A stretch of DNA of 47,100 bases from Chloroflexota bacterium (GTDB lineage: Bacteria > Chloroflexota > Limnocylindria > Limnocylindrales > CSP1-4). Positions within the stretch are counted from its first letter, which is position 1. Each line of letters starts with the position of its first letter. A program made the translations under genes and the position numbers. Of this stretch, positions 27,598-37,309 are shown piece after piece. The notes under the pieces were generated by a model. It made no database searches. It saw nothing but the letters and a program-made list of their open reading frames with translations, and was not told the origin of the DNA. Where the stretch lies: assembly GCA_031362295.1 (NCBI GenBank), contig JANLSG010000249.1:1-47100 (forward strand). The letters are read 5' to 3'.

Positions 27598-28341
27598 TCA
27601 ATGACGATCGACCAGCCGATACCCACCCGCTATCCGATCCCGCGCGGCCCAAATGATCGCCGCTCCGGGCCACGCGCCCGTGCCGGTCAGTGCCTCGAGG
27701 GCATCTCGTCCGTCTCCTGGGTACGCCGCCCGGAGCAGGAGCCGGTGCTCATCGGCGATCGTCCTTGTCGCGCGGGTCTCCCGGACGATGAGGAGCCGGG
27801 AGATCGTCGGCTCCGGACCAAGGTGGACCCACCCATCCCAGGAGGGCAGGGCGGCCGCCTTCGCCTCGGCCCAGCGCAGCAATTGCTCCAGGCGGCGGAG
27901 TTCGGACTGGATCTCGGTCGCGACGAACAGACCCGCCCGCCTGTCGTGGAAGCCGAGATCGATCCAGCCTCGTGATGGCCGTCGAACGGCGATCTCGGCG
28001 AAGGGACGCCAGCGCGGATGCGCCGCGCCCAAGATGACCTCGGCGATTGCAGCCTGATGTCGATCTCGAAGGATCGGACCGGTCGTCGGATAGAGCCGCA
28101 GCGGCAGATCTGCGCCGAGCGCGAGAGCCAGCCGCGTGCACGTCTGGAGCGAGGGACTCGCGGTTCCCGCCTCGATCTCGCGGAGGAAGCTCAGGTCGAC
28201 GCCCGACGCTCGGGCGAGCGCCGCGCGCGAGATCCCGGCGTCGTCCCTGAGCCGGGCGACGTCGGCGCCGAAGGTCCTGAACGCCTGACGCTCCAGGCGC
28301 TCGACCGCCCGGTTGACGTTGGTGCTGACCACGCGGTTCAT
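27598..28341 (-). CDS. XRE HTH fused to a PD-(D/E)xK-like domain
   Basis: N-terminal HTH (LRDDAGISRAALARASGV..FLREIEAG). C-terminal E..RGWIDL...ATEIQ pattern. Paralog of 46026..46850. Confidence 0.8.
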   Translation of the reverse strand: MNRVVSTNVNRAVERLERQAFRTFGADVARLRDDAGISRAALARASGVDLSFLREIEAGTASPSLQTCTRLALALGADLPLRLYPTTGPILRDRHQAAIAEVILGAAHPRWRPFAEIAVRRPSRGWIDLGFHDRRAGLFVATEIQSELRRLEQLLRWAEAKAAALPSWDGWVHLGPEPTISRLLIVRETRATRTIADEHRLLLRAAYPGDGRDALEALTGTGAWPGAAIIWAARDRIAGGYRLVDRH

Positions 28342-28420
28342 GGAAGCGCACGGCGCTCATCCGCGGCTTACGTCTGGTTTGGGCGCTGCTCCCGTATCGA
28401 CCCAGCGCCGAGATCGACGG

Positions 28421-29377
28421 TCAGGTGCGCCTGGTCTTCGAGCGGAGCACGGCGAGCACCCGTGGATCGATCCAGCCGGGGGCGGCCGTTCGCTCCTCGA
28501 GGTTCTCGACGCCCATCCAGTCCCACAGCGCGCCCTGCCAGTCCTCGTCCCAGTTGGACGGGAGCGGGCCGGGAGTGCCGGTCATCGGCCGATCGCCGGT
28601 GTCGCCGCCGCCGGCGGCAGCAGCATCGGGATTCATCGGCTGGTAGACGTTGCCGAACCTGCCACCCGGCTGCGCGCCCACGTTCGTCAGCAGCGAACGC
28701 AGCTCGGCGGCGAGGGTCACGTCGACCGGCTTGAGATCGGCGACTGCCGGCCGATCCAGATACAGCCGCTGGAGGTCCAGCAGCAGCCCCAGCCGGCCGA
28801 TCGGATCGTCATCGTGGTCGACCCGGAGGTCGACCCAGCGGTCATTGGCGCCGCCGTACCCGCCGCCCGCCCGGACCACGAGGAGCGACGCGGATTCGCG
28901 TCCGCGCCGATCGCCACCCTCCGCGTCTGCCGCCGCGAGGCACGCGACCAGGAGCTCCGGAAAGGGCCGGCCGCCGGCCACCAGCGTGTCCACGAGCCCG
29001 TCGACCACCGACGCCCCGGCGAGGATGTTGCCCTGCGCGGCGAACCCGGGGCCGGTCAGGCCGCCCGCCCACGCGAAGCACGACCCGCCCGTGTGGGTGG
29101 CGGCACCACCGTGTGCGTCGACGATCCCGACCTGACGCTGGCTGCGCAGCGGATCCGCGTTCACGAGCCGCTCCAGCGACTGAGCCGCGGACATCCCGCC
29201 GGCCATCCGCGAGAGGCCGCCGGGTCCAAAGGTGACGTTCGCGAACGATTGCGTCGCGACGGCCCCGACGCCGGCCTGCGCCCACGGGACGACGGCGCCG
29301 ACGGCGAGGAACTTGGACTGGACCGCGACGCCGAGGTCACCGGTCGCGGGATCGAGCGCGACAATGGAGTAGGTCAC
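28421..29377 (-). CDS. DUF1028 family (Ntn-hydrolase-like) protein
   Basis: MTYSIVALD..GVAVQSKFLAVG, RQVGIVD, AQGNIL, GGDRRGRESA, DLRVD. Confidence 0.92.
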   Translation of the reverse strand: MTYSIVALDPATGDLGVAVQSKFLAVGAVVPWAQAGVGAVATQSFANVTFGPGGLSRMAGGMSAAQSLERLVNADPLRSQRQVGIVDAHGGAATHTGGSCFAWAGGLTGPGFAAQGNILAGASVVDGLVDTLVAGGRPFPELLVACLAAADAEGGDRRGRESASLLVVRAGGGYGGANDRWVDLRVDHDDDPIGRLGLLLDLQRLYLDRPAVADLKPVDVTLAAELRSLLTNVGAQPGGRFGNVYQPMNPDAAAAGGGDTGDRPMTGTPGPLPSNWDEDWQGALWDWMGVENLEERTAAPGWIDPRVLAVLRSKTRRT

Positions 29378-30015
29378 TTGGCGAGCTCCTGAAGGCCGGT
29401 GGCAAGGATGGCGTCGGCGACCGCCTGCATTGTCGCCTGCGAGTTGACGTCATTCGGAATCAGCAGGTCCGGCCCATTGAGGGCGTGTCCGAGATCCACG
29501 CAAACGGCGTGATGCGCGACCGCGACCTCGCACTGCATGTCGTGGTACATCGCCGTGATCGCGACGCCTTTCGTGGCGCCGAAGTCCGCGCCCAGCGTCT
29601 CGATCAGGCCGGCGTTCCCGCCAATCGCGATGACGATGATGTCCGCCGCGGCGATGTGTGCCCGGGTCGCCGCCAGGGACTTGATCTGGCCTGCTAGCCC
29701 CTGGGCGGTTCCACCGTTCGAGACGTCGTTGCGGAAGAAGATGGTCATCCCCGTCGCGGCGGCAAAGCCGGATTCCAGGAGGACCGTGAAGGGCCGGCAG
29801 CCGTTGCAGTGCGCCCCGTACGGCCACGAGTCGCCGAACGCGAGATACGTCAGCGCCGCCGCGGAGCTGGGACTCGGTGACGCAGCCGTCGCGATCGGTT
29901 GCTCGGTCTGCGTCGAGGCCGGCACCGACGTTGACGCAGTTGATGACAACGAACCGCCGCCGCACCCTCCAAGCATCGCCGCGAGCACGAGGAACACGGC
30001 AGGCGAACGGTTCAT
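29374..30015 (-). CDS. SGNH/GDSL-like lipoprotein, apparently shortened or degenerate
   Basis: Lipobox LGGC. YLAFGDSW (block I), IVIAIGGN (block III). No DxxH block V. Confidence 0.7.
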   Translation of the reverse strand: MNRSPAVFLVLAAMLGGCGGGSLSSTASTSVPASTQTEQPIATAASPSPSSAAALTYLAFGDSWPYGAHCNGCRPFTVLLESGFAAATGMTIFFRNDVSNGGTAQGLAGQIKSLAATRAHIAAADIIVIAIGGNAGLIETLGADFGATKGVAITAMYHDMQCEVAVAHHAVCVDLGHALNGPDLLIPNDVNSQATMQAVADAILATGLQELAK

Positions 30016-30058
30016 GCCGGCGAGGGTAGCCGTTGCGCGCGGCGGCAAGACTCCCGGG

Positions 30059-30096
30059 AATCAAACATCGCCCTGAGCGCGATGCCCAGGGCGATG
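30059..30096 (-). terminator. Intrinsic terminator after the GlsB-family gene
   Basis: 10-bp stem CATCGCCCTG (30066-30075) / CAGGGCGATG (30087-30096), followed by TTTGATT on the minus strand. Confidence 0.65.
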
Positions 30097-30123
30097 GAGG
30101 CCTCTATCGGCGCGATCTGCAGA

Positions 30124-30396
30124 TCAGCTCGAGCGGCTGCCGAGCTTGCCCTTGCCGGTGAGGAAGTTCGCGACGAACAGGACCAGGATCGCGCCCAGGG
30201 TGGCGATGAAGATGGTCTCGATATTGATCCCGTCGACGCTGCCCATCTTGAAGACGTTGGCCGCGAGCCAGCCGCCGACGAGACCGCCGACGATGCCCAG
30301 GCCGATCATCATCAGCAGGCCTTCCTTGGTGTTCATGACACGACTTGCGATCCAGCCGGCGATGGCGCCGACGACGATCCAGGCAATGAAACCCAT
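30124..30396 (-). CDS. GlsB/YeaQ/YmgE family stress-response membrane protein
   Basis: MGFIAWIVVGAIAGWIAS...LGIVGGLVGG...ATLGAILVL. Confidence 0.93.
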   Translation of the reverse strand: MGFIAWIVVGAIAGWIASRVMNTKEGLLMMIGLGIVGGLVGGWLAANVFKMGSVDGINIETIFIATLGAILVLFVANFLTGKGKLGSRSS

Positions 30397-30444
30397 GTGA
30401 CTTCGTTCCTTTCGACTGTCGAGGGGCCTGCGGCCGCTCGAGGA

Positions 30445-30873
30445 CTAGACCTTTTCGCGACTGAAGATCGCGAGTCCCTTGATGACGCCGAACTCGACGA
30501 TGGTCCAGCCGATCAGTGCCACGACCGCGGCGATGTCCAGCGTCGAGCCGCCCGCGTGGAGCGCGTCAGATCGAAGGATGCCCTCGAACGGGGCGACGAA
30601 GAACTGGCTCAGGTTGAGGATCCCCGAGACGAGTCCGTTGCCCTCGCGGGCATCGAGCAGGAGCAGCACGAAGCGCGCCCCGATGACGAACTGGATGAGT
30701 CCGAAGACGAGGACGGCGATGCGCCGGCCGAGCTCAGGGCGGCCCGGGGACATGGTGGTGGAGCTTGCCGAGCGCACGGTCTCGTGGGTGGTGTTCAGTG
30801 GGGCGCCGGCCGGCGCGAGGGCCGGGGTGGGACTCGAGGTGGTGACGGATCGTTCGGTGCTCTCGATGGTCAT
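30445..30873 (-). CDS. YggT-like membrane protein
   Basis: RFVLLLLDA..N..V..I.NLSQFFVAPFEGI pattern with TM helices. Confidence 0.8.
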   Translation of the reverse strand: MTIESTERSVTTSSPTPALAPAGAPLNTTHETVRSASSTTMSPGRPELGRRIAVLVFGLIQFVIGARFVLLLLDAREGNGLVSGILNLSQFFVAPFEGILRSDALHAGGSTLDIAAVVALIGWTIVEFGVIKGLAIFSREKV

Positions 30874-30911
30874 GGTCTCTCCAGTTGGGGCGTGTGGGAA
30901 TCGGGCGGGCG

Positions 30912-31115
30912 TCAGCCCAGGAAGGTGGGCTGGGCCGCGATCATCGCGGGCAGCGCGACGAGGATCGCCAGGCCGACGACGACGAGCATCCCGATCGTGC
31001 GAATGGCGCCGATCGCGAGGTCGCGCACGTCGCGGCGTGCGCCGACCGCAGGTGCGGTCTGGTTCGCGTCAACCAGCATGGTGTCCCATGCGATGGCCGC
31101 CTGATCCATGGTCAA
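30912..31115 (-). CDS. Small membrane protein
   Basis: SD AGGAGG upstream (start TTG 31115 or ATG 31109). One TM helix. Confidence 0.65.
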   Translation of the reverse strand: MTMDQAAIAWDTMLVDANQTAPAVGARRDVRDLAIGAIRTIGMLVVVGLAILVALPAMIAAQPTFLG

Positions 31116-31207
31116 TGGTTCCTCCTGGTCGCCTAATCAGGCATCCGGGGAAGCGGGGGCCGATGGACCTCCGCCGGCTTGCGCTCCGGCCACTGCTGTC
31201 ACTTGCA

Positions 31208-31247
31208 GTGAAACAGGTGGTTGTGCTATTGTCAACAGTAGTTTCAC
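31208..31247. promoter_or_regulatory. AT-rich divergent promoter region with imperfect inverted repeat (candidate XRE operator)
   Basis: GTGAAAC (31208-31214) / GTTTCAC (31241-31247) with inner GTTG/CAAC. TTGACA on the minus strand at 31230-31235. Confidence 0.5.
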
Positions 31248-31273
31248 GTATCAACTGTAGGAAAGAGGCGAGC

Positions 31274-31654
31274 ATGGCACCAGCGATCGGGCGGTTGCTG
31301 AAGCGGACCCGTCAGGTGCGCGCGCTCTCCGCGACGGACGTTGCGCGCGCCGCGGGGATCTCGGCCGCGTACCTCAGCAAGCTCGAGAACGATGCCGTCA
31401 AGAAGCCCTCGCCACCGGTCCTTCACCAGCTCAGCGAGGCACTCGCCGTCCCGTACGCGGAGCTGATGCGCCTCAGCGGCTATCCCGTGCCGGGTGAGGA
31501 GACGCCGCCGAAATCGGACACGATCGGCGCCGCGCTGTTTGCGGACATCACCGAGGACGAGCGCGATGAGCTGCTCGAATACCTGGCCTGGTACCGCGCC
31601 CGCGGGCAATCGGCTCGGGGTCGCGCCCCGCGCGTCGCGCCCGCCGCCGGCTGA
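31274..31654 (+). CDS. XRE-family transcriptional regulator
   Basis: SD AGAGG, ATG 31274. LSATDVARAAGISAAYLSKLEND..KPSP..L..LSEAL. Confidence 0.9.
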   Translation: MAPAIGRLLKRTRQVRALSATDVARAAGISAAYLSKLENDAVKKPSPPVLHQLSEALAVPYAELMRLSGYPVPGEETPPKSDTIGAALFADITEDERDELLEYLAWYRARGQSARGRAPRVAPAAG

Positions 31655-31739
31655 GCTCCCGGCGCCGCAAGCGGCGTCCCCGCCACACAACCGATCGGGG
31701 GCAGTACTGACCGCTCCGATCGCCACCGATCCGTACCGG

Positions 31740-31769
31740 TTGCGCTTTGGAGCGTCCCGCCCGTATGCT
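31740..31769 (+). promoter_or_regulatory. Sigma70-type promoter of the ilv operon
   Basis: TTGCGC (31740-31745) - 18 nt - TATGCT (31764-31769). Confidence 0.65.
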
Positions 31770-31779
31770 GCGCCCACCA

Positions 31780-31986
31780 ATGAGCTTCTCGAACCAGCCT
31801 GACCGCCGCCCCGTCGCCGTCGCCGTGACGTCCGACGGTCGCCGCGTGCAGGTGCCCCTCGAGAGCCCAGAGGTACCCCTCCTCTCCCTTATTCGCTCCT
31901 TCCTGGTCGGGATTGAGAGCCTCGTGCTCCTCATTACCGGCGCTCGACGGGAGCACGGAGGGACGCGGCGGGACGATCGCAACTAG
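31780..31986 (+). CDS. ilv operon leader (attenuator) peptide, 68 aa
   Basis: MSFSNQPDRRPVAVAVTSDGRRVQVPLESPEVPLLSLIRSFLVGIESLVLLITG...: Leu/Ile/Val cluster, stop just before a terminator. Confidence 0.75.
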   Translation: MSFSNQPDRRPVAVAVTSDGRRVQVPLESPEVPLLSLIRSFLVGIESLVLLITGARREHGGTRRDDRN

Positions 31987-32012
31987 CGATCACCACCAAC
32001 AGCGAACCAACG

Positions 32013-32043
32013 GACCCCCGCCGAGAGGCGGGGGTTTTGATTT
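32013..32043 (+). terminator. Attenuator terminator upstream of ilvB
   Basis: ACCCCCGCC-GAGA-GGCGGGGGT followed by TTTGATTT. Confidence 0.88.
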
Positions 32044-32096
32044 GTCGGAGGCAACGTGACCGGACGCAACGTGACCGAACCGGAGGGCGCGAGACC

Positions 32097-33962
32097 GTGA
32101 CGCTGACCAGGCGCGACCGCGCGCGTCGCAGCCACATGCCGGCCGAGGGGACGGAGCACGCGGCCGCCGTCGAGCGGGCTCAGCGGGAGATGCTCCACGA
32201 GGGTTCCGCGAGCTCGTCCGTGCCGGCGGGGGAGCGCGCGCCGCGCCCCCGAATCGGCGCGGACGTGCTGTGCGAGGCCCTCCTCCGACAGGGCGTCGAG
32301 GTCATGTTCAGCTACCCCGGCGGCGTCATCCTGCCGCTGTACGACATCCTCGGCGACTACCCGCAGCTCCGGCACATCCTCGTACGTCACGAGCAAGGCG
32401 GCGCGCATGCGGCGGACGGCTATGCCCGCGCGACGGGCAAGGTCGGTGTATGCGTGGGCACCTCCGGCCCTGGTGCCACCAATCTCGTGACCGGGATCGG
32501 CACGGCGATGCTCGACTCAATCCCGATGGTCGCGATCACCGGCAACGTGCCTTCGGCGCTGATCGGCAAGGACGCGTTCCAGGAGATCGACATCAACGGC
32601 ATAACCCTGCCGATGACCAAGCACAACTACCTGGTCCGCGACGCGAACGAGTTGCCACGGGTGATCGCAGAGGCGTTCCACATTGCGCGCAGCGGCCGGC
32701 CGGGCCCGGTCCACGTGGACATCACCAAGGACGCGCTCCAGCAGGTGACCGAGGCGACCCACCCATCCGACGAGGAGGTCGTCGCCGGCCTGCCCGGCTT
32801 CCGCCCCACGATGGACGGCAACTACAAGCAGATCAAGGTCGCGGCCGCAGAGCTCGCTGCCGCGGAGCGACCGGTGATCCTCGCCGGTCACGGCATCCTC
32901 CATGCCGGCGCGGAGGCGGAGCTCCTGGCGTTCGCCGAGAAGCTCAACGCCCCGGTCGCGTGGACCCTCCTGGGCATCGGTGCCATGGACGAGCGGCACC
33001 CGCTCGCCTACGGCTTCATGGGCATGCACGGCTGGAAGCACGTCAACCGCGCGATCCAGTCGGCGGACCTGCTGTTTGCCATCGGGATGCGCTTCGACGA
33101 CCGGGTCACCGGCAACGTCCGCACGTACGCGCCGTACGCGCGCATCGTCCATGTCGACATCGATCCGGCTGAGATCGGCAAGAACGTCGCGGTCGAGGTG
33201 CCAATCGTCGGCGACGCGAAGCGCGTCCTGGCGACCCTCACCCCGATGATCGAAGCGGTGCCCGCGGAACGGCGCGCGCCGTACCTTGAGCAGCTGGCCG
33301 ACTGGAAGCGCAACTCGGAAGCAAGCTCGTGGCATGGCTCCGGCTCGTGGCGCGACGGCCTGCTTTCCGCGGACTACGTGGTCCAGCGGATTGGCGAGCT
33401 CACGGACCATGAGGGCATCTACGTTGGCGACGTGGGCCAGAACCAGATGTGGCTCGCCCGCTACGCCGGCTTCCGCCACCCGAACACGCACCTCTCGTCG
33501 GGCGGCCTCGGGACGATGGGCTACGCCGTGCCCGCGGCGATGGGCGCCGCGCTCGGGGTCCCGGAGCGCGAGGTCTGGGCGATCGTCGGTGATGGCGGCT
33601 TCCAGATGACCTCTCAGGAGCTCATGACCCTCGTCCAGGACGAGATTCCGGTCAAGATCGCGCTCTTCGACAACAAGAAGCTCGGGATGATCCGGCAATG
33701 GCAGGAGATCATCTACGCGGGCAACTTCCACTCCGCCCACCTCATGGGCCCGGACTACCTGAAGCTCGCCGACGCCTACGGAATCCCGTCGATCAAGGCC
33801 TCCACGCCCGCTGACGTGGATGCGGCGATCCGGTTCGCGCAGGACGTCAAGGGCCCGGCGCTGATCTGGTTCGAGATCACCGGCGAGCAGAACGTCTTCC
33901 CGATGATGCCGGCGGGCAAGGGCCTGTCAGACCTCATCGAGGAGTGGGCGACCGCCGAGTGA
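32097..33962 (+). CDS. ilvB: Acetolactate synthase large subunit (biosynthetic)
   Basis: [50 protein letters not shown] at 32097 with SD GGAGG. Confidence 0.96.
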   Translation: MTLTRRDRARRSHMPAEGTEHAAAVERAQREMLHEGSASSSVPAGERAPRPRIGADVLCEALLRQGVEVMFSYPGGVILPLYDILGDYPQLRHILVRHEQGGAHAADGYARATGKVGVCVGTSGPGATNLVTGIGTAMLDSIPMVAITGNVPSALIGKDAFQEIDINGITLPMTKHNYLVRDANELPRVIAEAFHIARSGRPGPVHVDITKDALQQVTEATHPSDEEVVAGLPGFRPTMDGNYKQIKVAAAELAAAERPVILAGHGILHAGAEAELLAFAEKLNAPVAWTLLGIGAMDERHPLAYGFMGMHGWKHVNRAIQSADLLFAIGMRFDDRVTGNVRTYAPYARIVHVDIDPAEIGKNVAVEVPIVGDAKRVLATLTPMIEAVPAERRAPYLEQLADWKRNSEASSWHGSGSWRDGLLSADYVVQRIGELTDHEGIYVGDVGQNQMWLARYAGFRHPNTHLSSGGLGTMGYAVPAAMGAALGVPEREVWAIVGDGGFQMTSQELMTLVQDEIPVKIALFDNKKLGMIRQWQEIIYAGNFHSAHLMGPDYLKLADAYGIPSIKASTPADVDAAIRFAQDVKGPALIWFEITGEQNVFPMMPAGKGLSDLIEEWATAE

Positions 33963-34528
33963 GCGCCCAGCCGCCAGCACACACCGCACCACCCGCCCGC
34001 GCGCTCCCCGGTGGCGGCGACCAGCGCCTCCATCGGCTCGTCGCGATCGTCGTCGACAAGCCCGGCGTCCTGAACCGCGTGTCCAGCCTGATGCGGGCGC
34101 GGAACTTCAACATCGACTCGCTGGCGGTCAGCCGCACGGATCGCGAGGGCTACTCGCGGATGACGATCAGCCTCCGCGGCGACGATGTCGCAGTGGAGCA
34201 GGCCGCCAAGCAGCTCTACCGGCTGATCGACGTGCTCAAGGTCCAGGACGTCACCGCCGAGCCGACGGTCGAGCACGAGCTCGCGCTCGTGAAGGTCCGG
34301 GTGACCGAGGGCAACCGCGGCGAGGTCCTGAAGCTGATCGAGCTGGCACGGGGGCGCGTACTGGACGTCTCGCCGGAGGCGGTCATCGCCGAGGTGAGCG
34401 GCAGCGAGTCGGAAGTCGATGCCTTCGTGGCCTGCGTCCGCGGGTTCGGGATCAAGGAGCTGGTTCGCACGGGAGCAGTCGTCATGGCGCGCGGCGCCGG
34501 ATCCATCGAGGAGGCAGTCAAGAAGTGA
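33959..34528 (+). CDS. ilvN: Acetolactate synthase small subunit
   Basis: [49 protein letters not shown] overlap with ilvB. Confidence 0.95.
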   Translation: MSAQPPAHTAPPARALPGGGDQRLHRLVAIVVDKPGVLNRVSSLMRARNFNIDSLAVSRTDREGYSRMTISLRGDDVAVEQAAKQLYRLIDVLKVQDVTAEPTVEHELALVKVRVTEGNRGEVLKLIELARGRVLDVSPEAVIAEVSGSESEVDAFVACVRGFGIKELVRTGAVVMARGAGSIEEAVKK

Positions 34529-35634
34529 CAGCGCGCATGTATTACGACAACGACGTGGAGCGGTCGGCGCTCGACGGCCAGATGGTTGCGGTCATCGGGT
34601 ACGGCAGCCAGGGGCACGCCCATGCCCTGAACCTGCGGGACTCTGGGGTCGACGTCATCGTGGGACTGGCCGAGGGATCGAAGAGCCGTGCGCTCGCCGA
34701 GGCCGCGCAGCTGCGCGTCGCCACGGTGGCGGAGGCCGTTCGCGACGCCGACGTCGTGATGCTCCTGGTTCCCGACACGGCCCAGAAGGCGGTCTACGAC
34801 AAGGACATCGAGCCGAACCTGAAGCCCGGCACCCTGCTCATGTTCGCCCATGGCTTCAACATCCGGTTCGGGCGGATCAAGCCCGGCCCGGGCGTGGACG
34901 TGGGGATGGTGGCGCCCAAAGGACCCGGCCACCTGCTGCGCAGCGTGTACTCGGCCGGCGGCGGCGTGCCGGCGCTCTTCGCCGTGGAGCAGGACGCGAG
35001 CGGCACCGCCCGCGCCCGGACACTTGCCTATGCGCGCGCGCTGGGCTCGACGCGCGCGGGGATCCTCGAGACGACGTTCAGGGAGGAGACCGAGACCGAC
35101 CTGTTCGGCGAGCAGGCGCTGCTCTGTGGCGGCGTCTCCGCGCTGATCAAGGCGGCGTTCGAGACGCTCGTCGAGGCGGGCTACCAGCCGGAGCTCGCGT
35201 ACTTCGAGACGATGCACGAGCTGAAGTTGATCGTGGACCTCATGTATCGCGGCGGGCTCAACTTCATGCGCTTCAGCGTGAGCGACACGGCGGAGTTCGG
35301 GGATTACGTCTCCGGCCCGCGCGTCGCCGAGGGCGTGAAGGCCACGATGAAGGACGTCCTCGGGGACATCCAGAGCGGCGCGTTCGCCAACCGCTGGATC
35401 GCCGTCCAGGAGGCCGGCGGGGGCGAGTTCCAGGATCTTCGAAAGCGGGATCAGGAGCACCAGATCGAGAAGGTGGGCGCGGAACTGCGGGCGCAGATGG
35501 CGTTCCTCGATCCCGTCGTGATCCATGCGGGCGAGGCCCAGGCGATGGTCAGCGGCGCCGCCTCTGTCGAAGCCGGTGCCGGCGGCGCGGCCAGCGCGAC
35601 GCAATCGGCCTTCGATTCCAAGACCGCGCTCTGA
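34525..35634 (+). CDS. ilvC: Ketol-acid reductoisomerase
   Basis: [47 protein letters not shown]. Confidence 0.97.
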   Translation: MTARMYYDNDVERSALDGQMVAVIGYGSQGHAHALNLRDSGVDVIVGLAEGSKSRALAEAAQLRVATVAEAVRDADVVMLLVPDTAQKAVYDKDIEPNLKPGTLLMFAHGFNIRFGRIKPGPGVDVGMVAPKGPGHLLRSVYSAGGGVPALFAVEQDASGTARARTLAYARALGSTRAGILETTFREETETDLFGEQALLCGGVSALIKAAFETLVEAGYQPELAYFETMHELKLIVDLMYRGGLNFMRFSVSDTAEFGDYVSGPRVAEGVKATMKDVLGDIQSGAFANRWIAVQEAGGGEFQDLRKRDQEHQIEKVGAELRAQMAFLDPVVIHAGEAQAMVSGAASVEAGAGGAASATQSAFDSKTAL

Positions 35635-37304
35635 TGGCCTCGCCTCGTCGCTCGCCCGCGAAGCCCGCCGGCCCGCTCGCTCCGAGCGACCGCGTCCGGA
35701 TCTTCGATACGACGCTGCGCGACGGCGAGCAGGCACCCGGCGCGGGCCTCACCGCGGCGGAGAAACTGGAGGTCGCGCGGCAGCTCGCGCGGCTCAAGGT
35801 GGACGTGATCGAGGCCGGATTCCCGGCCGCCTCGGACGGCGACTTCGAAGCGGTCCAGCGCATTGCCCGCGAGACGAAGGGCGGGATCGCCGTGGCCGCG
35901 CTTGCGCGCTGCCGCGACGGTGATCCGCAGCGGGCAATCGAGGCGATCAAGGTCGCAGAGCGGCCGCATCTCCACGTCTTCATCGCGACGAGCGACATCC
36001 ACCTCAAGCACAAGCTCCGGATCGACCGCGAGACGGCACTGGCCGAGGCGGTGAAGTGGGTCGCCTATGGGCGAGAGGAGCTCGGGCGCGACGTCGAGAT
36101 CGAATTCAGCGCCGAGGACGCCTCGCGCACCGATCCGGAGTTCCTGCTGAAGGTCTACGAGGCGGTCGTCGAGGCGGGCGCGTCCACGATCAACATCCCG
36201 GACACGGTCGGCTACGCGATCCCGTCGGAGTTCGCGCTGCTGGTGGGCCGCGCCGTGGATCTCCTGGGCAGCCAGGCGACGATCTCCGTCCACTGCCACA
36301 ACGACCTTGGCCTTGCCACCGCGAACACGCTTGCCGCGGTCCAGGCCGGCGCACGCCAGGTGGAGGTCACGATCAACGGGCTTGGCGAGCGCGCCGGCAA
36401 TGCCTCCCTGGAGGAGGTCGTCATGGCTCTCCGCACGCGCCCGACGCAGTTTTCGTCGGGCGGCAACGGCGGCGCAGGCCCCGCGCTGACGCACGGCGTC
36501 CAGACCGAGCACCTCACCGCGGCGTCGCGCCTGGTCAGCTACCTGACGGGGTTCGCGATCCAGCCGAACAAGGCCGTGGTCGGCGGGAACGCGTTCGCCC
36601 ACGAATCGGGCATCCACCAGGACGGTGTGATCAAGAACCCGCTGACCTACGAGATCATGACTCCGCAGTCGGTGGGGCTGTCCAGCAACTCGATCACGAT
36701 CGGCAAGCTGTCCGGCCGGAAGGGCATCGCCACCAAGCTGGCCGAGCTCGGCTACGACCTCGAGGGCGAGGCCCTCGACGCGATCTACCGCCAGGCGATC
36801 GCCCTTGCCGACGAGAAGAAGGAGGTCACCGACGACGACCTCGTGGCGCTCGTGGAGCAGCGCGTCTCGGAGGTACCCCAGGCCGTCCGGCTGGAGGGCT
36901 GGAACGTGACCTCCTCGCACGCCGGCAAGGCGACGGGCATGGTCGCGCTCGCGGTCGGCGGTGAGGATTACGCGAAGGCCGCGATCGGGAACGGGCCGGT
37001 GGACGCGCTCTTCGAGGCCGTGGACGCCGCGCTCCAGCCGGTCTTCGGGTGGCATCCGGTGCTGGAGGCGTACGAGATCAAGGCCGTGTCCGGCGGCGAG
37101 GATGCGCAGGGGCGCGTGCTCGTGCGCTGCCGCCGCTCCAGCGACGTGGGACCCGGCGCGCTGATCGTGTCCGGGCACGGCTTAAGCACGAACATCATCG
37201 AGGCGTCCATCGAGGCGTACCTCGTCGCGGTCAACAAGCTTCACGGCGCCGACGGCGCGGCATCGGCGGCGTTCGTCGCCGCTCGCACCACCGAGCTGCC
37301 CTGA
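35634..37304 (+). CDS. leuA: 2-isopropylmalate synthase
   Basis: [35 protein letters not shown], and a C-terminal regulatory domain (GNGPVDA). Confidence 0.96.
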   Translation: MASPRRSPAKPAGPLAPSDRVRIFDTTLRDGEQAPGAGLTAAEKLEVARQLARLKVDVIEAGFPAASDGDFEAVQRIARETKGGIAVAALARCRDGDPQRAIEAIKVAERPHLHVFIATSDIHLKHKLRIDRETALAEAVKWVAYGREELGRDVEIEFSAEDASRTDPEFLLKVYEAVVEAGASTINIPDTVGYAIPSEFALLVGRAVDLLGSQATISVHCHNDLGLATANTLAAVQAGARQVEVTINGLGERAGNASLEEVVMALRTRPTQFSSGGNGGAGPALTHGVQTEHLTAASRLVSYLTGFAIQPNKAVVGGNAFAHESGIHQDGVIKNPLTYEIMTPQSVGLSSNSITIGKLSGRKGIATKLAELGYDLEGEALDAIYRQAIALADEKKEVTDDDLVALVEQRVSEVPQAVRLEGWNVTSSHAGKATGMVALAVGGEDYAKAAIGNGPVDALFEAVDAALQPVFGWHPVLEAYEIKAVSGGEDAQGRVLVRCRRSSDVGPGALIVSGHGLSTNIIEASIEAYLVAVNKLHGADGAASAAFVAARTTELP

Positions 37305-37309
37305 CGATC

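Noticed and set aside
31780-32043. T-box riboswitch upstream of ilvB
   Set aside because: I found no GGTGGNACCGCG-type T-box before the terminator. The leader-peptide model fits better.
34419-35633. Apparent 405-aa N-terminal extension of LeuA
   Set aside because: It overlaps ilvC in another frame. The real start is ATG 35634, overlapping the ilvC stop. The same applies to the extended ORF calls for ogt, fabD, leuB, cimA, leuC, the cupredoxin and the HerA-like gene.
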